A stretch of DNA of 64,000 bases, taken from the NCBI GenBank assembly GCA_964499935.1, contig CAZCMS010000001.1:674452-738451 (forward strand), read 5' to 3'. This document shows positions 10,542 to 17,490 of the stretch, one piece after another. Made by a program: the position numbers and the translations under genes. Position 1 is the first letter of the stretch, and every line of letters begins with the position of its first letter. The stretch comes from an uncultured Candidatus Saccharibacteria bacterium (GTDB taxonomy: Bacteria; Patescibacteriota; Saccharimonadia; Saccharimonadales; UBA4665). The notes beneath the pieces were generated by a model that ran no database searches, was not told where the DNA came from, and saw only the letters and a list, made by a program, of their open reading frames with translations.

Positions 10542-10569
10542 GGGGGTTCGAATCTCTCATACCCAGCCA
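10542..10569 (+). repeat. Duplicated 3' fragment of a tRNA-Gln-like gene (att-type scar)
   Basis: GGGGGTTCGAATCTCTCATACCCAGCCA matches the tRNA 3' end GGGGGTTCGAATCCCTCCGTCCCAGCCA (10111-10137) with a few substitutions. No 5' half is present. Confidence 0.65.
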
Positions 10570-10736
10570 GATGCGACAGTTTGAGATGAGGCCCATATGG
10601 GTGTCATTTGTTTTGCGTGCTCTTAGCGAGAGCATTTACCTGCCGTGCATAGCAGGTAAAATAACTACTACTAAAAGATAGGGATGCTTACTTTTTACTC
10701 TCCCTTTATATATACTTACGTATAGAGAGAAGAACC

Positions 10737-11522
10737 ATGGAAAGCAGCAGTATGGGCGATCAGAAAATAACAGGTCAACAACAAAGAGTATTACAGCTCC
10801 TCTTTAAATTTCGTTTTGTATCAACAGTATCATTAGCTATGGTTATGGGCATTAGAAAAGCTAGCACTTATGAAGCATTAGAGCAATTAGTAGCAAAAGG
10901 ATTAGTGACAAAGGTATATAAGCCAGAGTATCGGATAGATAGAAGGCCTGGATATTATTACTTAAATAAAGTCGGTGTTACGGCAGTACGAAAACTCATG
11001 GACGTGAAGGAGTCTGTAGTGCACGCCCTATACAAGAACGATGAGATGACCGACGACTTTATCTTGCACTGCATGAAAATCACAGACTGCTACGTAGGTA
11101 TTATGAAGCATCTTCCTGAGGGCTCGGACATCTTTTCCAAAAGTGAAATCAATCGCTTTAAGGAGCTTCCTAGGAACTGCCCGGATCTCTACGTACGTAC
11201 ATCCGACGGCAAAGAAGCTATTATAGTAATTGCAGACGATAAACCTGGCTACATTATCCGCAAACGTTTTGACGAGATCGTCAGCCATAGCGAAGAAGAG
11301 GGCTGGCCAAATGGAAAGTACCCACATGTTTGTTTTGTATTAAAAGATGAACGAGCTAAGTTTAGTTTTTTATATAACGCTCATAAGAAACTAGAAGACA
11401 TGGGCATGGAAGAAGATGAGTTGTCGGTACTAGCTACAAGCCTCTTGTCATCTGGCAATAACAATACGCACATATGGGCGAAGCCATACGCGCCAAAGCG
11501 TTCGGTTTCTTTGCTCGAGTAG
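10737..11522 (+). CDS. Replication-relaxation family protein (winged-helix)
   Basis: 261 aa. The N-terminal pattern QQRVLQLLFKFRFVSTVSLAMVMG...YEALEQLVAKGLV is typical of replication-relaxation/wHTH proteins of mobile elements. Confidence 0.5.
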   Translation: MESSSMGDQKITGQQQRVLQLLFKFRFVSTVSLAMVMGIRKASTYEALEQLVAKGLVTKVYKPEYRIDRRPGYYYLNKVGVTAVRKLMDVKESVVHALYKNDEMTDDFILHCMKITDCYVGIMKHLPEGSDIFSKSEINRFKELPRNCPDLYVRTSDGKEAIIVIADDKPGYIIRKRFDEIVSHSEEEGWPNGKYPHVCFVLKDERAKFSFLYNAHKKLEDMGMEEDELSVLATSLLSSGNNNTHIWAKPYAPKRSVSLLE

Positions 11523-11596
11523 CTTAAGGTTGTACTCGGGATTAAAAATATAAGGTAGATTTTATAAAGAAAGATGAGGATCTTACTAAGCTTCTC

Positions 11597-11690
11597 GACC
11601 GACAGATGCTCAGTGCAGAGAGGTGGCAATGAAAGATCTTCATCAGCGCTTTCATGTGTCACGATTATTGGCACGATTTTGGCACGATTA
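11597..11690 (+). repeat. Dispersed repeat copy 1 (possible tyrosine-recombinase 3' remnant)
   Basis: GACCGACA..GAGAGGTGGCAATGAAAGATCTTCATCAGCGCTTTCATGTGTCACGATTATTGGCACGATTTTGGCACGATT recurs at 16228-16439. Confidence 0.6.
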
Positions 11691-11839
11691 CTTACGGGCA
11701 CTCACTATGGCTACGGCCAGGCAGTAGAGGTGTCGTTTGCTGGTGAAACTATAATATATAAGCCTGAGAAGTGAAACGCGTATACAGTGTCTCATTTGTA
11801 GCATTTTAATCAGTAATATAAAAAGCTATAATCTGGTAC

Positions 11840-12853
11840 ATGACAGGAGCGCCTAAAAAGCCTTTGAATTTATTTATTGATACTAATGTTTTATTAGGAT
11901 TTTACCGTTTCACTGAGGATGACCTCGATAGACTTAGCCAGCTAGAGGATCTAATCGTAAAAACAAAAGATATAAGTCTTTTTGTCACGGAGCAGCAGAT
12001 TGATGAATTCCATAGAAATCGTGACGGTGTCATAGCTCAAGCGTTAAAGGAAGTAAGGTCTGAGATTGTAATCCCCAAGTTGTTTTCTGGACACCCTAAA
12101 TACCGTGAGATAACGAATGCATCCAGGGAGTTACGGAACAATATAGCGATGCTTAAGAGCGACACGCTTGAAGGGGCTCTACGGCAAGACTTGAAAGCAG
12201 ATAAAATTATCATGAGATTACTCTCATCTGCAATAAAAACCACACCAGCGTTTATAAAGGCAGCTAAGATCCGAATGGATATAGGTAATCCGCCCGGTAA
12301 GAATGGATCACTTGGGGATGCAATAAATTGGGAAATATTACTAGCGAATATTCCTTCGAGTGAAGATATACATATAATCTCCGTCGATAGTGATTATCGT
12401 TCACCGTTGGGTGATTATAATCTTAATACATTTTTGGAAAATGAATGGATTGATAAAAAGGGTGCAAAAGCGTACCTTTACGGCTCATTAAATGGCTTCT
12501 TTAGTCAACACTTTGCGGACATAAAATTAATTGATGAATATATCAAGGATAGTCTAATTGCTCAACTGGGTGAATCAAGTAATTTTGATCAGGCTAGGTC
12601 AATTATTAGAAAACTGCAAAGAATTGGTGGTTTATCTGAAGATCAAGTAAAGCGTCTTATGGTAGCCTCGACTACTAACGATCAAGTTTATGGAGCACAT
12701 AAGTATAGCCCGACTATTATCGGAGATAGGCTCTGGGGTATGATTAAACCTTATTGGAGTAGTCTTAGCGACATTGAGCAAGAGATATGGATTGATCATT
12801 TCCCTGATGAGCAGATGCGTGAGCGAGAAGAGAATCTTGAGCCTCCATTTTAA
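11840..12853 (+). CDS. PIN-like domain protein (DUF4935-like)
   Basis: 337 aa. N-terminus LFIDTNVLLGFY is the first acidic PIN motif. Later D/E-rich conserved positions (ISVDSDY) also fit. Confidence 0.5.
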   Translation: MTGAPKKPLNLFIDTNVLLGFYRFTEDDLDRLSQLEDLIVKTKDISLFVTEQQIDEFHRNRDGVIAQALKEVRSEIVIPKLFSGHPKYREITNASRELRNNIAMLKSDTLEGALRQDLKADKIIMRLLSSAIKTTPAFIKAAKIRMDIGNPPGKNGSLGDAINWEILLANIPSSEDIHIISVDSDYRSPLGDYNLNTFLENEWIDKKGAKAYLYGSLNGFFSQHFADIKLIDEYIKDSLIAQLGESSNFDQARSIIRKLQRIGGLSEDQVKRLMVASTTNDQVYGAHKYSPTIIGDRLWGMIKPYWSSLSDIEQEIWIDHFPDEQMREREENLEPPF

Positions 12854-13039
12854 GAGCTGGAATGTTGCTGGTGGTTCGTGACCCGTATGGGGAGCTGGGA
12901 CTTAGACAAGGCAACCCTGACGACTTAAGTCAGTAGTAGGTTGCCGAATTCGGTCTTCAGTCTCATGCCCGAAACACTTCTCGGCGCATAGTTTGAAGTG
13001 CGCTGTCCGGCCTCCCGAGCCAAGTCGCAATTAGACAAA

Positions 13040-13070
13040 GTTAGAGCCGTGAAAATGTTTCTAACTTTTT
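13040..13070 (+). terminator. Putative rho-independent terminator
   Basis: GTTAGA-14 nt-TCTAAC hairpin followed by TTTTT. It closes the GC-rich structured spacer 12860-13075. Confidence 0.4.
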
Positions 13071-13107
13071 GTATGCACAGAATTGAACCAATGTTACTAT
13101 TAACTTT

Positions 13108-13542
13108 ATGAATATAAACCCCCGCTTAGAAGAAATTGACGACTCACTTTACCGAGTTGCCGTACGGGCACTAATTGTATCTGACAACAAAATGTTGGCA
13201 GTAAAAGAAGTAGACGGGGGCGACTGGTGGGCTATCCCTGGAGGTGGCGTAGATTATGGCGAGTCTCTGAAAAATTGCCTATTGCGGGAGATCAAAGAAG
13301 AAATCGGCGTTCTGAGTGATTCCGTACTGAGCGACTTCCAAATCATTCACTACAACATCGGGAAAGTTGTAAATGGCGTTCCTCGAATGAACATATTCTT
13401 CAAAGCAGTCGTACCTCAGGACGAGATCGTGAGAACAGACCACATTGAAGAGTGGGGATGGTTCACGAAAGATGAGTTCATGGAGTTAGACATGAATCCT
13501 TCGTATGATAAAGCTGAGCTAGCTAAGATTATTTTTGCCTGA
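13108..13542 (+). CDS. NUDIX hydrolase
   Basis: 144 aa with a complete Nudix box: GGGVDYGESLKNCLLREIKEEIGV. Confidence 0.85.
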   Translation: MNINPRLEEIDDSLYRVAVRALIVSDNKMLAVKEVDGGDWWAIPGGGVDYGESLKNCLLREIKEEIGVLSDSVLSDFQIIHYNIGKVVNGVPRMNIFFKAVVPQDEIVRTDHIEEWGWFTKDEFMELDMNPSYDKAELAKIIFA

Positions 13543-13573
13543 TATATCTGCGTATACGGAATCTAGCTTTATT

Positions 13574-13604
13574 ACGGCTATTACTTCCTCTATCGTTGTA
13601 AGCC
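13574..13604 (+). repeat. Cassette-junction repeat, partial copy A
   Basis: ACGGCTATTACTTCCTCTATCGTTGTAAGCC aligns to copies at 14276 and 15251. Confidence 0.6.
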
Positions 13605-13618
13605 ATTAAGCTTATGCT

Positions 13619-13647
13619 TAAAGACTTCTTTGGAAGTCTTTTGTTTT
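13619..13647 (+). terminator. Rho-independent terminator
   Basis: AAAGACTTC-TTTG-GAAGTCTTT hairpin followed by TGTTTT. Confidence 0.6.
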
Positions 13648-13705
13648 GGCAAGAAAACAGGGGTGATGATTACAAAATAAGGCTTGTTTCTGCTATAATA
13701 GTTAT

Positions 13706-14257
13706 ATGCAAGATATAGATTCAGCCAGCAAAGACCGAGCCATAAAACTATTTGATAGTGCTGAGCTTGCATCGTTTGAAGTTGGAACAACGAAAGGTTT
13801 GCAGCAAATTCACAATTATCTCTTTGGCGGTTTATACGACTTTGCTGGCAAGATTCGATCCAAAAATATCAGCAAGGGGGGCTTCACCTTTGCGTCTGCC
13901 ATTTATCTAGTAAATGGTTTGGCCGAAATAGACAAAATGCCAGAAGCAACCTTTGAAGAGATTATTAAAAAGTATGTTGAGATGAATATAGCTCACCCTT
14001 TCATGGAGGGGAGCGGCCGCAGTACGCGCATCTGTTTAGACTTAATTTTGAAAAAAAACCTCAAGCAATGTATCGATTGGCAAAAAATAGACAAGAATGA
14101 TTATATGAATGCGATGCAGCGCAGCCCGGTCAACGATTTAGAGATTCGCGAACTACTACGTACTGGCCTCACGGACAAGATAGACGACCGAGAAGTATTC
14201 ATGAAAGGCATAGATCAGTCATACTACTACGAAGAGTCGGATGACTACAAAGGCTAA
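13706..14257 (+). CDS. Fic-domain protein, single-domain (class III-like)
   Basis: 183 aa. Fic motif [12 protein letters not shown]. The C-terminal SYYYEE sits where the class III inhibitory SxxxEG helix is found. Confidence 0.8.
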   Translation: MQDIDSASKDRAIKLFDSAELASFEVGTTKGLQQIHNYLFGGLYDFAGKIRSKNISKGGFTFASAIYLVNGLAEIDKMPEATFEEIIKKYVEMNIAHPFMEGSGRSTRICLDLILKKNLKQCIDWQKIDKNDYMNAMQRSPVNDLEIRELLRTGLTDKIDDREVFMKGIDQSYYYEESDDYKG

Positions 14258-14275
14258 GTAGCCTCCTGCTTGGCT

Positions 14276-14335
14276 GCGGTTATAACTTCCTTTATCATTG
14301 CGAGCTAAAGTTAGAACCAAAATTACAGAGATGAG
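14276..14335 (+). repeat. Cassette-junction repeat, copy B
   Basis: GCGGTTATAACTTCCTTTATCATTGCGAGCTAAAGTTAGAACCAAAATTACAGAGATGAG is highly similar to 15251-15310. Confidence 0.7.
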
Positions 14336-14428
14336 AGTCTATATCTTCATTATGGGGTATGATTAATTCATGACGAATGCAGTTGATAATAACAGTTGGG
14401 GCTTATGGCAGCCTAAAGAACTCGCAAG

Positions 14429-15217
14429 GTGCCGAGAACTAAGGTTATGATGACTAAAAAAATAAAACCTGAAGCAATCACCAAAAAGAGCATAAAGCTG
14501 CAGAACCACTTAGGGTTGGCTGCAAGCATGTTAATCACCACTTTTATAATACTCAAAGTCTATGCAGTGGCTGGCTGGGATGCCACAACGGCTCGAGGCT
14601 TAATTGCAGCGACTGGCACAACCAACGTTGTAGTAGGTAGTCTCATTGCATCACTGCCAATCATATACTGGTCACTATTCATATTTGCATTACCTAGAAT
14701 CGAAAGAAAGCTAGAATTAAAAAGCAAAACCTCAGTTGAAAAATACGCAATCCTTACCCACTCATGGCCGATAATACTATTAATGTTTATTGTACCGCTT
14801 TTTATATTGCTCGCCGGACTAGCTCTCCTGACTCTAATAATTATAGACAATATTTTAACCAATAAGCGAAAGAGCAGAAATAGCGACATAAATTATGTAT
14901 CTAAATTTGAGGCTAATACAATTATGCTATCGTCGATTGCGCTTGTAATATTTACGAGCCTAGGAGTGCCCTGGCTCCCAGCGCAAGCAATAGATATTCC
15001 CGATGACGGAGTACAGGTAGGCTATGTCCTGAATAGCGGAAGTCGTTATTCAGAAGTCTTGTTAGAAAAACACCGTAAGCTCGTACGAGTCAGCATAGAC
15101 CGGACGGACTCTGCTAAGTATTGCAATGTTTCATCACATTGGGTGGAGCGTACCATTATTCAGGCTATTGATTATAAGCCAAAGTATCCTAGCTGTGCGG
15201 AAACTAAAAGTAAATAG
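14429..15217 (+). CDS. Hypothetical membrane protein
   Basis: 262-aa ORF with about 5 predicted hydrophobic helices and a soluble C-terminal domain. No recognisable family. Confidence 0.5.
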   Translation: MPRTKVMMTKKIKPEAITKKSIKLQNHLGLAASMLITTFIILKVYAVAGWDATTARGLIAATGTTNVVVGSLIASLPIIYWSLFIFALPRIERKLELKSKTSVEKYAILTHSWPIILLMFIVPLFILLAGLALLTLIIIDNILTNKRKSRNSDINYVSKFEANTIMLSSIALVIFTSLGVPWLPAQAIDIPDDGVQVGYVLNSGSRYSEVLLEKHRKLVRVSIDRTDSAKYCNVSSHWVERTIIQAIDYKPKYPSCAETKSK

Positions 15218-15250
15218 TTCGGCCACAAAGCTGCTAAATCTCGTTTTATC

Positions 15251-15310
15251 GCAGCCATAACTTCCTCTATCGTTGTGAGCTAAAGTTAGGACTAAAATTA
15301 CAGAGACGAG
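15251..15310 (+). repeat. Cassette-junction repeat, copy C
   Basis: GCAGCCATAACTTCCTCTATCGTTGTGAGCTAAAGTTAGGACTAAAATTACAGAGACGAG. Confidence 0.7.
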
Positions 15311-15381
15311 GATCTTTGTTTTTGTTTTTAAGGGGGTTAGAATAGAAACTACTATAACTCAACTCGTTGTATAATAAGCGT

Positions 15382-15987
15382 ATGACAGACTACTCTAAAA
15401 AGGGGCATTATTACATTCAAGAGCCTCGTTTCGAGCTCAGGTATCTCATGCCCTTATTACCAAAAGATGCGCATATGCTAGATATGGGCGCAGGCAATGG
15501 GAATAACACAAAACTCTTCCTCGAAAGAGGTTACAAAGTAACTGCAGTAGAGCCTAATCCAGCTGCTTTAAAAATTCTAAAAGAACTACAGAACAATTAC
15601 CCTGATCAGCTGCGAATAGTTAAGGATTCAGTTGATACATATAAGCCAAAACAAAAATTTGATGTGGTGATTTGTTGTATGGTCGTTCATTTCATGAAAG
15701 ATCACCAATCGGGAACTAAGGCCATCCAAGACATCCAATCATGGACTAAGCTTGGTGGCATCAACCTACTTACTGGCTATATGAGCAATCAGCCCTTATC
15801 AAAAGACTATTCGTTTTTGCTTAAGCCAAATGAATTATCAGAACTGTACGCCAGATGGAATCCCCTCTGGTATCAAGAAAGCTTCAGACTGACATGGAAC
15901 CGTATCTATAGCCTCAAAGACCTCCCGCGCCTAATACTAGGTAAGCGAGGTTTTAAGGCAGCAAGAATCATTGCCCAAAAAGCCTAA
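15382..15987 (+). CDS. Class I SAM-dependent methyltransferase (TehB-like)
   Basis: SAM motif I: LDMGAGNGNNT. Start set at ATG 15382 because TATAAT at 15370-15375 lies inside the longer track ORF. Confidence 0.75.
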   Translation: MTDYSKKGHYYIQEPRFELRYLMPLLPKDAHMLDMGAGNGNNTKLFLERGYKVTAVEPNPAALKILKELQNNYPDQLRIVKDSVDTYKPKQKFDVVICCMVVHFMKDHQSGTKAIQDIQSWTKLGGINLLTGYMSNQPLSKDYSFLLKPNELSELYARWNPLWYQESFRLTWNRIYSLKDLPRLILGKRGFKAARIIAQKA

Positions 15988-16227
15988 AGCAGTAGTACTA
16001 AATATTGCACCAAATCCAAAGAGTGGCGAAATTATTCGTATCATTCATGTAGGTTAATCGTATCATAGTGATACGATTATGGTTTTAACAGTCACAAAGC
16101 TTCGGAGCGCTAACTAAGGGCAGCGATTATACTAAAAATATTGTCAATTTACTGCTTACCGACTCTAACGTCAAACAGAGACGAAAGTTACAGGCAAGGA
16201 TGGCTCAGGATATTTGCTAAGTTCCTT

Positions 16228-16439
16228 GACCGACAAACGCTTGATACAGAGAGGTGGCAGTGAAAGATATCACTACTCTTAGTATCATCTGGTAGCGCAT
16301 GCTACAAGTCAAAATATTAAAGTCGAGAGTCTCTCGATCGTTCGAGTACAAATTATAGAGATCGTTTGATACATAACACCAGCGATCTTCATCATCGCTT
16401 TCACGTGTCACGATTGTTGGCACGATTTTGGCACGATTT
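16228..16439 (+). repeat. Dispersed repeat copy 2, interrupted by a 118-bp insert (16269-16386)
   Basis: Same left (GACCGACAAACGCTTGATACAGAGAGGTGGCAGTGAAAGAT) and right (CTTCATCATCGCTTTCACGTGTCACGATTGTTGGCACGATTTTGGCACGATT) halves as copy 1, separated by extra sequence. Confidence 0.6.
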
Positions 16440-16506
16440 AATTAACTTTTCGTTAAAAACACTGTAAAAGATTAATTTTTAACGTAAAGTATGCTATAAT
16501 AAGCAT

Positions 16507-17391
16507 ATGATAAATCAGATCACGAAAGATAGAATAGCTGCATTAAGGGCTCAGTATGAAGAGCTTATTCAAACATATCCCGACGCTGTTCGCGAGATTG
16601 CTATTTCTGAGATACCGGAAATGGTTTACAACTCTAACGCTATCGAAAATAGTACTTTGACACTTGAAGATACTGAAGATATCCTACTCCGCGACACTAT
16701 TCGCAAAGATCAAGATATCCGTGAAGTATACGAAGCCAAGAATCTTGCCAAAGTAACCGAACACTTGCTAGAGAATCCTAGTGAACCGCTCGATACTGGA
16801 TTGATCTTATTCCTACACAGGATGCTCCTTACCCAAATAAATGATGACTGGGCTGGCAAGTTCCGGCACGGTAAGCAGTGGGTGCGTATCGGTGCGCATA
16901 TTGGTGCTAATCCAGATTTTGTACAAGGACTAATGTCCGAACTTGTCGCAAGGTACAATAGCGATAATAATTTGTATTTCTTGGATGCAATAGCTTGGTT
17001 TCATGCAGAATTCGAAACCATACACCCATTTCCAGATGGCAATGGTCGCATTGGTCGTGTACTAATAAACCAACAGCTGATGCAGCTGGGGTATCCTCCA
17101 ATTATTGTACCCAACAAGGGTAAGCGCACGTATTACTACCCAGCTTTTGATCCATACCGCATAGATGGAAAATACGATGAATTTACTGCTTTATTCGCCA
17201 GTCTTTTGATTGAGTCATTGTATCGTCGCATAACTATACTGTCGTCTAAGAAAATTATCAGATTGTCCGAATGGTCAAAGAATAATAATGCCAACGTTAA
17301 TATAACAAGCAACAAAGCTCGTCGTGGCACAATACCAGCATTTCGTATGCGTAACAAGTGGATGATTTCTGCCAATTATAAAGAACAATAG
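16507..17391 (+). CDS. Fic-family protein (class II-like, N-terminal inhibitory motif)
   Basis: 294 aa with canonical Fic motif HPFPDGNGRIGR and upstream SNAIEN, which matches the (S/T)xxxE(G/N) inhibitory motif. Confidence 0.85.
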   Translation: MINQITKDRIAALRAQYEELIQTYPDAVREIAISEIPEMVYNSNAIENSTLTLEDTEDILLRDTIRKDQDIREVYEAKNLAKVTEHLLENPSEPLDTGLILFLHRMLLTQINDDWAGKFRHGKQWVRIGAHIGANPDFVQGLMSELVARYNSDNNLYFLDAIAWFHAEFETIHPFPDGNGRIGRVLINQQLMQLGYPPIIVPNKGKRTYYYPAFDPYRIDGKYDEFTALFASLLIESLYRRITILSSKKIIRLSEWSKNNNANVNITSNKARRGTIPAFRMRNKWMISANYKEQ

Positions 17392-17458
17392 CACTTGATA
17401 ATCCAGCGATAGATCTATCATGGATAACATTTTCGAATCGCTACGAGCATAACTTTGT

Positions 17459-17489
17459 ACTTCGATTTTTCTCCCAGAAAAGTCGAAGT
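17459..17489. terminator. Bidirectional terminator hairpin between convergent genes
   Basis: ACTTCGATTTTTC / GAAAAGTCGAAGT arms (one mismatch) with a 5-nt loop. Confidence 0.5.
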
Positions 17490-17490
17490 C

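Noticed and set aside
10542-10569. A possible second functional tRNA.
   Set aside because: Only the T arm and 3' acceptor half are present. No D arm, anticodon arm or 5' acceptor strand lies upstream.
12925-12945. The CUGACGA heptamer in the 12.9-kb structured spacer might be a fifth hammerhead core.
   Set aside because: What follows is CTTAAGTCAG, with no G10.1-C11.1 helix II. The nearest GAA is followed by U rather than A15.1. No helix III/UH partner lies upstream. The heptamer is better explained as part of a CTGAC/GTCAG stem.
13574-15310. The cassette-junction repeats might be integron attC sites.
   Set aside because: The copies lack proper R''/R' core sites (RYYYAAC / GTTRRRY are only approximated by TATAAC / GTTAGAA) and lack extended dyad symmetry. 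No intI-type integrase or attI is present. They are kept only as a generic repeat finding.
16179-16187. GACGAAAG resembles the 3' half of the hammerhead core.
   Set aside because: No CUGANGA lies within 60 nt upstream, and there are no pairing partners for helices I to III.
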